DNA of 64,000 bases from Gaiella sp. (lineage in GTDB: Bacteria > Actinomycetota > Thermoleophilia > Gaiellales > Gaiellaceae). The DNA lies in the NCBI GenBank assembly GCA_036265415.1, contig DATAPC010000085.1, positions 9,449 to 73,448 on the forward strand, given 5' to 3'. Positions 48,792 to 58,512 of the stretch are shown piece by piece. The notes under the pieces were generated by a model. It saw only the letters and a list, made by a program, of their open reading frames with translations, did not search any database and had not been told where the DNA came from. Every line of letters starts with the position of its first letter. The stretch's first letter is position 1. A program made the translations under genes and the position numbers.

Positions 48792-49975
48792 GCCGTTCGG
48801 GCGGCGTGGGGTTCCTCGCCGTCTGCGTCCTCGCGGCCGCATGGCTGCTCGGGTCGACCGCGCTCGTCGTCATCGGCGTGGGGCTCGGGCTCGCGACCGT
48901 CGCGGCGCGCCTCTGGGCTCGGCTCGTCGCGACCGGGCTCACCGTCGAACGCCGGCCGATCGAGGGCCCGCCCGTCGAGGGCGACGCGGTGACGCTCGAG
49001 GCCGAGCTCGAGGGTCGCACGTGGCTCGCCTCCCGTCTCGAGTGGCGCGATCGCGTCGGAATGCTCGGGGAGCGCGGCGCGATCGTGGGCACCGACGGCC
49101 GTGCGCGAATCGAGCTCCCGCGCATGCCGCGCGGTCGCTACCGCCTCGGGCCCGGTCGGCTGCGGGTGGCCGATCCGCTCGGGCTGACGGGCGTCGACGT
49201 CGACGTCGAGCGCGAGTCCACCGTCACGATCCGGCCGCGCGTCCCGGAGCTCGACACGCTCTTCACCGAGACGGGCGGCTGGGGGGAGGGCGGCCGGCGG
49301 GCGCTCGTGCGTCGGCCGAGCGGGCTCGAGCCGCACGGCGTCCGCGAGTACCAGGAGGGGGAGCCGCTCCGGGCCGTCCACTGGCCGACGTCGGCCCGGC
49401 GCGGGGAGCTGATGGTGCGCGAGCTCCAGGACGCGCCGCGGGACAGCATCGCGGTGGTACTCGACGTGGAGGCCCGCGCCGTGGCGGGTGCGCGCGGCGA
49501 GTCGAGCCTCGACGACGCGGTCCGCGCGGCTGCCGGAATCGTGCGCACGCACGCGCTGCGCTCGCGGCGCGCGCTCCTCGTGATCGGGGCGGCGCAGCCG
49601 CGCGTGCACAGCGTCCGGAGCGTCGGCCGGGACTGGGACGAGGCGCTCGACGACCTCGCGGCGGTCGAGCCCACGGCTGCGACGCCGCTCGGTGACCTCG
49701 TGGCGGCGCGCGGCCCACTCGGCTCCGTCCCCGAGCTCGTCGTCCTCACTGCGCGTCCCGAGATTGTCGCCGACGCGCTCGTGGCGCGGGCGGCGGTCGG
49801 CCGGTCGAGCGCGCTCGTCGCCGTCGATGCGCCGACGTATGCGGGCCGCCCGCCGGCGGCGGCCTCGGCGGTCTTGCTCCGGCTCTCCGCAGCCGGCGTG
49901 GCGCTCGCCGTCCTGCGGCGCGGGACGCCGCTCGCCGAGGCTCTCGGCGGCCTGAGGGCGAGGGCCGTTGGCTGA
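48788..49975 (+). CDS. DUF58 domain protein
   Basis: RGRY.LGP..DPLGL, VREYQEGEPLRAVHWPTSARRGELMVRE. Confidence 0.92.
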   Translation: MSRSGGVGFLAVCVLAAAWLLGSTALVVIGVGLGLATVAARLWARLVATGLTVERRPIEGPPVEGDAVTLEAELEGRTWLASRLEWRDRVGMLGERGAIVGTDGRARIELPRMPRGRYRLGPGRLRVADPLGLTGVDVDVERESTVTIRPRVPELDTLFTETGGWGEGGRRALVRRPSGLEPHGVREYQEGEPLRAVHWPTSARRGELMVRELQDAPRDSIAVVLDVEARAVAGARGESSLDDAVRAAAGIVRTHALRSRRALLVIGAAQPRVHSVRSVGRDWDEALDDLAAVEPTAATPLGDLVAARGPLGSVPELVVLTARPEIVADALVARAAVGRSSALVAVDAPTYAGRPPAAASAVLLRLSAAGVALAVLRRGTPLAEALGGLRARAVG

Positions 49976-52157
49976 CCGGTTCTCGCTGCGGACGTCCATC
50001 GCCGCGGCGCCGGCCGTCGCGGTCGTCATGGCGTCGTGGGCGATGCTCGAGCAGCCGACGTCGGCCGTGCGGTTCGTCGCCGGCGCGGCGCTCGCGGTCG
50101 GGCTCGCCGCACTCCGTGACGTGCGGTGGCTCGCGGCAGGCTGCATCGTCTCGGGAACGGGAGGGCTCGCCATCGCCTTTGCGACGTGGCCCCATCGCGC
50201 GCTCGGCAGCGCCTGGGACGCGCTCCGGGACGCGCCGGTCGTGCAGGCGCCGTTCGACCCGACGGCCTTCCCGTCGCTGCACGGCCTCGTGGTTGCGACC
50301 GGCCTCGCGCTCGCACTCGTCGCCTCGCTGGGCGTCGCAACGCGGCGTCCTGCCGTGGTCGCCGGTGCGTTGGCGGCGGGAGTCGGCTTCCCGGAGGCCC
50401 TGCTGGAGGGCCGCCACGCGCTTCTCCTCGGAGGCCTCGCACTCGGCAGCGTGCTCTGGGCGACGGTCGTGCAGAACGTCCGAGGAGCGCAGCGCACTCT
50501 CGCCGGCGCGGGCGTCGCAGCTGCGCTCGTCGCCGCGTCGGCAGGAGTCGCGCTCGCGGGGCTCGCGCCGGGCACCTCGCACGTCGACTGGCGCGGCTGG
50601 GATCCGTTCGCGCCGAGCGGCGCGACGACCGACGTGCGCTTCCTGTGGGATGCGAGCTACGCGGGCATCGACTTCCCCGTCCGGCCGACGGTCGTGCTCC
50701 ACGTGCGCGCACCCGCGCGGGCCGAGTACTGGCGGATGTCCACCCTCGAGACGTTCTCCGACGACCGATGGATCGAGAACCTGTTCCCGACCGACATCGG
50801 CGACGCGCGCCGCCCCCTGCCCGACGATCCGCTCGTCCCGCGCCGCGACGCCCGTCCGAAGGCCTGGCTCGAGCAGAAGGTGACGGTCGAGGGCCTCGAG
50901 GACACGCGCGTCCCCGCCGCTGCCGAGCCCGCCCGCATCGACGGCCCGGAGCTCGGCAACGTCTCGTTCCTGGGCGGCGGGGTGATCCTGGCCCACCGGC
51001 CGCTCCAGCGCGGTATGCAGTACACGGTCTGGAGCTATGCGCCGCGACCCACGCCGCGGGCGCTGGCAGCCTCTCCGCCTCGCTATCCGGCCGCCGCGGG
51101 CCGCTATCTGGAGATGGGACGGGCGCGCTTCCCGGGCTACGGCGCGAGCGGCCGTGTCGCGAAGGTCGATCGCGTGTTCCGCGACGAGCTGTACCAGCCG
51201 CTCTGGCCGTACCGCCCGCTCTGGCAGGACGCTCACCGGCTGACCGCAAAGGCCGGCTCGCCGTACGAGGCGACGCTCGTCCTCGAGCGCTGGTTCCGCA
51301 GCGGCGGAGGCTTCCGCTACGAGGAGCACCCGCCGGTGAGCACGACCAACCCGCCGCTCGTGGACTTCGTCGAGGTCACCCGGGCGGGCTACTGCCAGCA
51401 CTACGCCGGCGCGATGGCCGTGATGCTCCGCATGCTCGGCATCCCGTCCCGCGTCGCCGTCGGGTTCACGGCGGGGACGTGGCAGGCGGGCGTCTGGACC
51501 GTCACCGACCATCAGGCGCACGCCTGGGTCGAGGCCTGGTTCTCGCGGTTCGGTTGGCTCGCCTTCGACCCGACGCCGGGCCGCGGCACGCTCTCCGCCG
51601 TCTACACCCTCGCCTCGGACTCGGCCGACGCCGTCCGCGCGCTCGGCACCGGGCGGTTCCTCGACTTCGACCCGAGGCCCTCGGGAGGATCCGCGGCGTC
51701 GCCCACGGTCGTGCCGCCCGATGCCGGACCCGGGTTTCCGTGGTGGGTCGTCCTCGTCGTCGGCGCCCCCCTCGGCGCCGCCGCGGCGCTGCTCGTCGCG
51801 AAACGCGTGCGGCGCACGCTTCGGCTGCGACAGCACGATCCGCGGCGGCTCGCGGCCGGAGTCCGGGCGGAGCTCGTCTCCGCGCTCGTCGACCGCGGCG
51901 CCCTCGTCCCGCGTGACGCGACGCCCAGCGAGCTGCGCCACGCAGCCGAGCGTGTGCTCGCGACCCCCGCCGGCGCCCTCGCGGATGCCCTTGCCGAGGC
52001 CCGCTACGGCCCGCCGTCGCGCGCGGGCGCTGCCGCCACGCGCGCGCGGAGCGAGCTCGTCCGGGTCCTTGCCGCCGCGTCCGAGCGAGAGACGCCCGGA
52101 GACCACCTCCGGGCCGTGTTCTCGCTCCGGTCCGTGCGACCGGGCCTCGTGCGATGA
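49968..52157 (+). CDS. Membrane transglutaminase-like protein (TgpA type)
   Basis: N-terminal TMs; GYCQHYAGAMAVMLRMLGIPSRVAVGF, AHAWVE, GWLAFDPTP triad. Confidence 0.92.
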   Translation: MADRFSLRTSIAAAPAVAVVMASWAMLEQPTSAVRFVAGAALAVGLAALRDVRWLAAGCIVSGTGGLAIAFATWPHRALGSAWDALRDAPVVQAPFDPTAFPSLHGLVVATGLALALVASLGVATRRPAVVAGALAAGVGFPEALLEGRHALLLGGLALGSVLWATVVQNVRGAQRTLAGAGVAAALVAASAGVALAGLAPGTSHVDWRGWDPFAPSGATTDVRFLWDASYAGIDFPVRPTVVLHVRAPARAEYWRMSTLETFSDDRWIENLFPTDIGDARRPLPDDPLVPRRDARPKAWLEQKVTVEGLEDTRVPAAAEPARIDGPELGNVSFLGGGVILAHRPLQRGMQYTVWSYAPRPTPRALAASPPRYPAAAGRYLEMGRARFPGYGASGRVAKVDRVFRDELYQPLWPYRPLWQDAHRLTAKAGSPYEATLVLERWFRSGGGFRYEEHPPVSTTNPPLVDFVEVTRAGYCQHYAGAMAVMLRMLGIPSRVAVGFTAGTWQAGVWTVTDHQAHAWVEAWFSRFGWLAFDPTPGRGTLSAVYTLASDSADAVRALGTGRFLDFDPRPSGGSAASPTVVPPDAGPGFPWWVVLVVGAPLGAAAALLVAKRVRRTLRLRQHDPRRLAAGVRAELVSALVDRGALVPRDATPSELRHAAERVLATPAGALADALAEARYGPPSRAGAAATRARSELVRVLAAASERETPGDHLRAVFSLRSVRPGLVR

Positions 52158-52495
52158 GCGCTGCCTACGACCTCTTCCAGCAGGGGCGGAGCCACCTGCG
52201 GAGCGGCATGCCGGCCCAGGCCACGGTCGCGCTCGAGAAGGCGAAGCGCCTCGAGCCGGAGAAGGCGTCGATCCGCGAGGCGCTCGGCATCGCCTACTTC
52301 CGCATCAAGCGCTGGCCCGAGGCCGAGGCGGAGTTCCGCAAGGTGCTCGAGCTCTCGCCGGCCGACGACTACGCCCACTACGCGCTCGGCCGGACGCTGC
52401 GCAACCAGGGGCGCCACGACGAGGCGAAGAAGCACCTGAAGCTCGCCCGCTCGCTGCGCCCGCGGCCGCCGGGCCACGAGCTGGGAGAGGACTGA
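52154..52495 (+). CDS. Tetratricopeptide repeat protein
   Basis: LEKAKRLEP..SIREALGIAYF..AEAEFRKVLELSPADDYAHYALG. Confidence 0.88.
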   Translation: MSAAYDLFQQGRSHLRSGMPAQATVALEKAKRLEPEKASIREALGIAYFRIKRWPEAEAEFRKVLELSPADDYAHYALGRTLRNQGRHDEAKKHLKLARSLRPRPPGHELGED

Positions 52496-52496
52496 G

Positions 52497-52823
52497 CTAC
52501 TCCTCCAGGTCCGCGACGAGCGACGCGTACCGCCGGAAGCGGCGCGAGGCCCCGGCGGCGAACGACCGCCGGTACGCGTCGGCGACCGTGTCGTCGGCGA
52601 GCGTCGCGGCGTACGCCTCGCGGAGGTCGAGCAGCCGGTCGGCGATCGCGTCGACGACGAGCTGGTAGTCGCCGTACGCCTCCTCGGCGTTCTCGCGACG
52701 GGCGCGAACCCAGGCGGCCTCCGCGTCGACGGCCTCCTGCAGGAGCTCCGCCTCGTCCTCCCCGAACAGCGCGAGCTGGCGGGCGACGAGGTCGTCGAAC
52801 GGGTCTCGGCGCCGCAGCCTCAG
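52497..52823 (-). CDS. Small helical hypothetical protein
   Basis: FDDLVARQLALF..AEEAYGDYQLVVD; start uncertain (CTG at 52823 or GTG at 52871). Confidence 0.7.
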   Translation of the reverse strand: MRLRRRDPFDDLVARQLALFGEDEAELLQEAVDAEAAWVRARRENAEEAYGDYQLVVDAIADRLLDLREAYAATLADDTVADAYRRSFAAGASRRFRRYASLVADLEE

Positions 52824-53872
52824 AGGAGCTCCCGGTACAGCTCGAGATGTGTGGCCGCGGCGGCGTCCCACGTGAGCGTCTCACGCGCACCGCGCGCGCC
52901 CGCACGGGCAGCCGCGAGGGCGTGCGGGTCGTCGAGCAGCTCCCGGAGTGCCCCCGCCAGCGCGTCGACGTCGCCCCGCCCGACGACACGTCCTGCGCCG
53001 AACTGCCGCACGACCTCCCCGAGCCCGCCGACGTCGTAGACGACCGCGGGCACGCCGGCGCCGAGCGCCTGGAGAAGCGCTCCCGACTGATCGAGCTCGG
53101 CGCGATACGGGAACACCGCGACCGTCGCCTCGGACAGTGCCCGCTCGAGCTCCGCGGCGTCGAGATACCCGAGCCGCCACTCCGCGCGATCGGCGGCAGT
53201 GCGTCGGAGGTCGTCCAGCGGGATGCGGGCGTCCCCCGCGACGAGCAGGCGCGCGCCGTCCACGGCGAGCGTCGCCCCGACCGCGTCCTCGAGCCCCTTG
53301 TAGGGCCGGATCACACCCGGTACGAGGACGGTGCGGCCGTCGTCCGCCCGCGGAGGGTCGCTCGAGAAGACGGGATGCGGGACGACACGGAGCTTTTCCG
53401 GCTCGACGCCGAAGCGCTCGAGCGTCTCGCGTCCGCGCTCCGAGTGGACGACGACCCGGTCGAAGCGCGCGAAGAGGCGGCGCCAGAGACGCTCGCGGTG
53501 GGCGGTGCGGCGCGGCAGGAGGTCGTGGGCGGTGAAGACGAGTGGCTTCCCCGGCCGCAGGAGGAGCACGTCGACCTCGGGGGCGTCGAGCCACTGGAAG
53601 TGGACGACGTCCGCCGGCCGCGCAAGCAGTCGACGCAGGTCGAGGGGATGCTCGATCGCCTTCGCCGCGACCCGGAGCGCCGGCCGGCGGATCCTCCCGG
53701 CGCGGCGATAGAACGACTCGTCGAGGACGTAGCCGTCGGCCGCCGGGCGCGTGCCGAAACGGAACGGCGCCGTGACGAGCTCGACCTCGGCGCCTGCGCG
53801 GGCGAGCGCCGCCGCGAGCTCGTGGTCGTACGGCGGCGTGAACGCGGGGGGATCGGCGAGGACGACGTGCAT
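52820..53872 (-). CDS. Glycosyltransferase family 4
   Basis: DPPAFTPPYD, TAHDLLP, GVIRPYKGL, FPY..DQSGAL..ALGAGVP.V..DVGGLGEVV. Confidence 0.92.
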   Translation of the reverse strand: MHVVLADPPAFTPPYDHELAAALARAGAEVELVTAPFRFGTRPAADGYVLDESFYRRAGRIRRPALRVAAKAIEHPLDLRRLLARPADVVHFQWLDAPEVDVLLLRPGKPLVFTAHDLLPRRTAHRERLWRRLFARFDRVVVHSERGRETLERFGVEPEKLRVVPHPVFSSDPPRADDGRTVLVPGVIRPYKGLEDAVGATLAVDGARLLVAGDARIPLDDLRRTAADRAEWRLGYLDAAELERALSEATVAVFPYRAELDQSGALLQALGAGVPAVVYDVGGLGEVVRQFGAGRVVGRGDVDALAGALRELLDDPHALAAARAGARGARETLTWDAAAATHLELYRELL

Positions 53873-53912
53873 CGGCGCAGCCCGCACGACGGTACCCGTA
53901 GCCTCGGCGGCG

Positions 53913-54629
53913 ATGGAGCTGCTCGTCCGCACGTGGAACGTGTTCCACGGGAACGCCAGCCCGCCGCGCAGGACAGGCCACCTGCGGCGCATGATCGAGC
54001 TCGTCGCCCAGGACGGGCCGGACGTCGTCTGCCTGCAGGAGGTTCCCGTCTGGGCGCTGCCGCGGCTCGAGGGCTGGTCGGGGATGCGCCGGTTCGACGC
54101 GATCACTCGGCCGCCGCTCTGGCCCGGTCCGTTCTCGAAATGGGTCACCCGTGCGCACCAGGGTTTCTTCCGCTCCGGCCTCTCGGGTCAGGCGAACGCG
54201 ATCCTCGTCGCCCCGCGCCATGCGGCAACGGACCTGGGGCACGAGCGCATCTCGGAGCACGGGCGCGAACGTCGTGTCGTCCACGCGATCCGCATCGCCG
54301 GATCCCACGCGGTGACGGTCGCGAACCTGCACGCCTCGAACGACCACGCACATCCCGCGGTGCCGCGCGGGGAGGCGGCGCACGCCGCGGCCTTCGCGGA
54401 GCGCGTCGCGACCCGCGGCGACATGGTGGTGCTCGCCGGCGACTTCAACGTCAGCGACCCCCAGCTGAGCGCCTACTCGACTCCCTCCGGAGGCATCGAC
54501 CACGTGCTCGTGCGCGGCACGCAGCCCGACTCCGTCGCCCCCTGGCCACTCGAGCGACGTGTGCAGAATGGCGTCGTGCTCTCCGACCACCCCGTCGTGG
54601 AGGCACGTCTCCGGATCGGAGACGCATGA
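53913..54629 (+). CDS. Endonuclease/exonuclease/phosphatase family protein
   Basis: TWNVFHG, DVVCLQEV, NLH, LAGDFN, IDHVL, LSDHPVV. Confidence 0.92.
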   Translation: MELLVRTWNVFHGNASPPRRTGHLRRMIELVAQDGPDVVCLQEVPVWALPRLEGWSGMRRFDAITRPPLWPGPFSKWVTRAHQGFFRSGLSGQANAILVAPRHAATDLGHERISEHGRERRVVHAIRIAGSHAVTVANLHASNDHAHPAVPRGEAAHAAAFAERVATRGDMVVLAGDFNVSDPQLSAYSTPSGGIDHVLVRGTQPDSVAPWPLERRVQNGVVLSDHPVVEARLRIGDA

Positions 54630-55693
54630 CCTTCGAGGACGCACGCGGCCTGTTTCCCGTCCTCGAAAAGATCGCGTACCTGAACGCGGGCACCTTCGGG
54701 CCACTCCCCCAGCCCGTCGCCCGCGCGCTGGCGGAGTCGCTCGAGCGCGACCTCGCGCGCGGCCGCAGCGGCACGGACTACCTGGAGGAGACGCTGGCCC
54801 TCCGGGCGGAGCTGCGGGACGCGTTCGCAACACTCGTCGGCGCGGACGTCGAGCAGGTCGCGCTGACGGGATCGACCTCGGAGGGCTGCGGCATCGTCCT
54901 GCGCGGGCTCGGACTCGAGCCGGGCGACGAGATCGTCACGACCACCGACGAGCACTTCGGGCTGCTCGGGCCCCTCGGCGCGTCGGAGGCGACGGTGGTC
55001 CTGGTCGCGCCGGAGGCCGAGGCCGTGCTCGCCGCGGTCACGCCGCGTACGCGCCTGATCGCGACCTCGCAGGTGCTCTGGACGACGGGCGCGGTCCTAC
55101 CTCTCGCGGAGCTTCGCGAGAAGAGCGGAGCCCCCGTGCTCGCCGACGGAGCGCAATCGGTCGGCGCGATCCCCTCGACCTCCGTCGGCGTCGACTTCCT
55201 GACGATCTCCGGCCAGAAGTGGCTCTGCGGCCCGGATTCGACGGGTGCGCTCGTCGTCGCGGAACCCGAGCGGCTCGCAGTCACCTCCCCGACGTACCTC
55301 GCGCAGCGCAGCCATCGGCCCGACGGGACGTACGAGCCGCACGAGGGTGCCCGCCGGTTCGAGGCCGGCTGGTGGTCGCAGGGGGCGCTCCGGGCGATGC
55401 TCGCGGCGCTCGAGCTCCGCCCGGACTGGTGGTTCGAGCGCGCGTGGGACGCCGCCGAGCGGTGCCGGGAGCTTCTGCTGCCGCGCGTCGAAGTGATCAC
55501 GCCTCCCGTCCGCTCGACGCTCGTGGCGTTCCGCCCGGCCGGGGAGGAAGAGGCAGCGGACGTCGTCGCCCGGCTCTTCGCCGCGGGAGTCCACGTCCGG
55601 GAGCTTCCCGGACGGGGGCTCGTGCGGGTCTCGTGCGGCTGGTGGACGAGCGACGACGACCTCGACCGGCTCGTCTCGGCGCTCGACGCCTGA
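54626..55693 (+). CDS. PLP-dependent class V aminotransferase/C-S lyase
   Basis: YLNAGTFGP, ADGAQSVGAI, SGQKWLCGP. Confidence 0.9.
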   Translation: MTFEDARGLFPVLEKIAYLNAGTFGPLPQPVARALAESLERDLARGRSGTDYLEETLALRAELRDAFATLVGADVEQVALTGSTSEGCGIVLRGLGLEPGDEIVTTTDEHFGLLGPLGASEATVVLVAPEAEAVLAAVTPRTRLIATSQVLWTTGAVLPLAELREKSGAPVLADGAQSVGAIPSTSVGVDFLTISGQKWLCGPDSTGALVVAEPERLAVTSPTYLAQRSHRPDGTYEPHEGARRFEAGWWSQGALRAMLAALELRPDWWFERAWDAAERCRELLLPRVEVITPPVRSTLVAFRPAGEEEAADVVARLFAAGVHVRELPGRGLVRVSCGWWTSDDDLDRLVSALDA

Positions 55694-55718
55694 GCGGTCG
55701 CCGCGGGGGTGGGATGGC

Positions 55719-56294
55719 TCAGGCGGGGTCGGTGGCCGTGCGCAGACCGAGCTCCGGCGCGATCGGCTGGAGCGCCGCGACGACGTTCGCGATGTGCTCG
55801 TCGAGCTCCAGCCCGAGAAGCTCGGCGCCGGCGTAGACCTCGTCCCGGTGGACGCCCGCTGCGAAGGACGGCTGCTTGAGCTTCTTCCGGACCGACTTCG
55901 GCTCGAGGCCGTCGAGGCCCGCCGGACGGACGAGCCCGCAGGCGTGGACGAAGCCGGACAGCTCGTCGCACGCGAACAGCGTCTTCTCGAGCAGCGTCTC
56001 GCGCGGGAGCGCGAGGTGCTCGGCGTGGGAGAGCACCGCCCGGATGACGACCTCGGGGTAGCCCTCCTCCCGGAGGATCGGCGCGCCGTTCTGCGGATGC
56101 TCGTCGAGCGTGGGGTGGATCTCGTAGTCGAAGTCGTGCAACAGGGCGACGACGGCCCAGAGCTCCTCGTCCTCGCCGAAGCGCCGCGCGTAGCCGCGTA
56201 CGGACGCCTCCACAGCCAGCGCGTGTCGGAGGAGCGACTCGCTCTTCGTGTAGCGGGTCAGGGTCGCCCAGGCGTTGTCGCGGGTGACCTCCAC
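55719..56294 (-). CDS. HD-domain (HDIG) phosphohydrolase
   Basis: HALAVE, ALLHDFDYE, FACDELSG, SFAAGV.R. Confidence 0.9.
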   Translation of the reverse strand: MEVTRDNAWATLTRYTKSESLLRHALAVEASVRGYARRFGEDEELWAVVALLHDFDYEIHPTLDEHPQNGAPILREEGYPEVVIRAVLSHAEHLALPRETLLEKTLFACDELSGFVHACGLVRPAGLDGLEPKSVRKKLKQPSFAAGVHRDEVYAGAELLGLELDEHIANVVAALQPIAPELGLRTATDPA

Positions 56295-56320
56295 GGAGCC
56301 GGGTACGATACCGCCCCGCT

Positions 56321-57601
56321 ATGCAGTCGTTCGTGATCCAGGGCGGACGTCCGCTGACGGGAACCGTCCGCACGGCGGGCAACAAGAACGGCGCGCTGCC
56401 GATCCTGGCGGCCACCGTGCTCGCCTCGGGCCCGGTCGTGCTCACGAACGTCCCGAGGATCAAGGATGTCGAGACGATGGTCGAGCTGCTCGCCGATCTC
56501 GGCGCGAAGGCCGAGTGGACGGGCCCCAACGAGGTGACCGTCGACCCGACCTCTGTCACCAAGACGGCCCTCGACGCGGGGCTCGGCCGCGAGATTCGCG
56601 CGTCGTTCCTGCTCGCCGGGCCGCTCCTCGCCCGCTTCGGCCGCGCGACCGTGCCGCCGCCGGGCGGCGACGTGATCGGCCGGCGCCGGCTCGACACGCA
56701 CATCCATGCCTTCATGGAGCTCGGCGTCGAGGTCGAGCTCAACGGGGCCTACGACCTGCGCACCGACGGCCTCCGCGGCAAGCGGATGTTCCTCGACGAG
56801 GCGTCGGTGATGGCCACCGAGAACGCCGTCATGGCCTCCGTCCTCGCAGAGGGCGAGACGATCGTCGGCCACGCCGCCTGCGAGCCGCACATCCAGGACC
56901 TGTGCCACTTCCTCGTCTCCCTCGGGGCCAGGATCGAGGGCATCGGCTCGAACATCCTCCGCGTCAGCGGCGTGGACGAGCTGAGCGGCGGCACGTATCG
57001 GATTCGCCCGGAGCACGTCGAGGTCGCGAGCTTCGCGGCGCTCGCGGCCACGACGGGCGGCGACGTCACCATCGAGGACGTCGAGCCCGACGACCTGATC
57101 TCGATCGTCCCCGCATTCCGCAAGCTCGGGATCGCGCTCGAGGTGGGGGAGCGCTCCGTGCGCGTCCCGCCCGGCCAGGAGCTGCAGGTCGTCGACGATC
57201 TCGGCGACCAGATCCCGAAGATCGAGAGCGGGATCTGGCCCGCATTCCCCGCCGACCTGACGTCGATCGCCGTCGTCGCGGCGACGCAGGCGCGGGGCAC
57301 CGTGCTCGTCTTCGAGAAGATGTTCGAGAGCCGGCTCTTCTTCGTCGACAAGCTCGTCTCGATGGGTGCCCGGATCATCCTCTGCGATCCCCACCGCGTC
57401 GTCGTGACCGGGCCGGCACAGCTCTACGGGCAGCGTCTCGAGAGCCCCGACATCCGAGCAGGGATGGCCATGGTGATCGCAGCGCTGTGTGCAGACGGAA
57501 CGTCGAGCATCGGGAACATCGGGCAGATCGACCGCGGGTACGAACGCATCGACGAGCGGCTGCAGGCGCTCGGCGCGTCGATCGAGCGCGCGGAGTTGTG
57601 A
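56321..57601 (+). CDS. murA: UDP-N-acetylglucosamine 1-carboxyvinyltransferase (Asp at the fosfomycin Cys site)
   Basis: GNKNGALPILAA, RASFLLAGPLL, PPGGDVIGRR, SVMATEN, FPADL, SPDIRAG, IDRGYE. Confidence 0.95.
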   Translation: MQSFVIQGGRPLTGTVRTAGNKNGALPILAATVLASGPVVLTNVPRIKDVETMVELLADLGAKAEWTGPNEVTVDPTSVTKTALDAGLGREIRASFLLAGPLLARFGRATVPPPGGDVIGRRRLDTHIHAFMELGVEVELNGAYDLRTDGLRGKRMFLDEASVMATENAVMASVLAEGETIVGHAACEPHIQDLCHFLVSLGARIEGIGSNILRVSGVDELSGGTYRIRPEHVEVASFAALAATTGGDVTIEDVEPDDLISIVPAFRKLGIALEVGERSVRVPPGQELQVVDDLGDQIPKIESGIWPAFPADLTSIAVVAATQARGTVLVFEKMFESRLFFVDKLVSMGARIILCDPHRVVVTGPAQLYGQRLESPDIRAGMAMVIAALCADGTSSIGNIGQIDRGYERIDERLQALGASIERAEL

Positions 57602-58077
57602 GCGGCGCGCGCATCGCCGACGGGACCGGCGTCGCGAACGTCGCGACGGGCGTCCCGGTCCTCGACCACCTGCTCGCGGAGCTCGCACGGGCCGCGCGGT
57701 TCGACCTCGCTCTCGAGATCGACCCCGACGACCCCGAGGCGGAGGTCGACGCGGCCGGCACGGCGCTCGGGCGCGCCGTCGCGCCGCGCCTCGCCGTCGG
57801 GGCGCACGGCGAGGCGACCGTCCCCGCGGACGAGGCGCTCGCGATGGTCGTCGTCGAGCGGGCCGACCGGCCGCTCGTGGCGTCGAACGCCGACCTGACC
57901 GGCGCGGGCGGCCTCGGCACCGACCTCGCGGCGCGCTTCCTCGGGCGTCTGGCCGACGAGGCGGGTCTCACCATCCACGTGCGGCTGATGGAGGGCGAGG
58001 ACACGGGCCACGCGCTCGCAGCGATCTTCAAGGCGCTCGGCGTGGCGCTCGCACGCGCGAGCCGCGCCGCCGACTGA
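57598..58077 (+). CDS. HisB/IGPD-fold protein lacking canonical metal-binding motifs
   Basis: TGVPVLDHLL..FDL..G.ALG..VPADEAL..RP..GLTIHVR..G..H..AIFKALG.AL scaffold; both DxHHxxE/NxHHxxE motifs degenerate. Confidence 0.8.
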   Translation: MSGARIADGTGVANVATGVPVLDHLLAELARAARFDLALEIDPDDPEAEVDAAGTALGRAVAPRLAVGAHGEATVPADEALAMVVVERADRPLVASNADLTGAGGLGTDLAARFLGRLADEAGLTIHVRLMEGEDTGHALAAIFKALGVALARASRAAD

Positions 58078-58090
58078 CGGAAGGAGAGGC

Positions 58091-58474
58091 ATGGAGAAGA
58101 CCGTGATCCGCACCGAGGCCGCCCCGGCGCCGTTCCAGGGCGCGCCGTACAACCAGGCGATCGTCGCGGGCGACCTCGTCTTCGTCGCGGGCCAGCTCGG
58201 CCTGAAGCCGGGCGACACCGAGATCTCGGGGGACATCGCGGAGCAGACCGGCCAGGCGCTCGCGAATCTGGCGGCCATCCTCGAGGCCGCGGGAGCTTCG
58301 CTGGACAACCTGGTCAAGACGAGCGTCTTCCTCGTCGACCTGGCCGACTTCCAGGCGATGAACGACGTCTACGCGAGCCGGGTCGGCGACCGGCCTCCGG
58401 CGCGGTCGACGTTCCAGGTCGCGAAGCTCCCCTCGGGGGCGCTCGTCGAGATCGAGGCCGTCGCGCACCTGTAG
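58091..58474 (+). CDS. ridA: RidA family enamine/imine deaminase
   Basis: PYNQA, FVAGQL, VKTSVFL..DFQAMNDVY, PARS..VAKLP..LVEIEAVA. Confidence 0.93.
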   Translation: MEKTVIRTEAAPAPFQGAPYNQAIVAGDLVFVAGQLGLKPGDTEISGDIAEQTGQALANLAAILEAAGASLDNLVKTSVFLVDLADFQAMNDVYASRVGDRPPARSTFQVAKLPSGALVEIEAVAHL

Positions 58475-58512
58475 CGAGCGGGCCGGGCGGCGCGAGCGGC
58501 GAGAATGCTCGC

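Noticed and set aside
57598-58077. Calling this gene a functional hisB
   Set aside because: Metal-binding His/Glu motifs absent; reported as a finding instead
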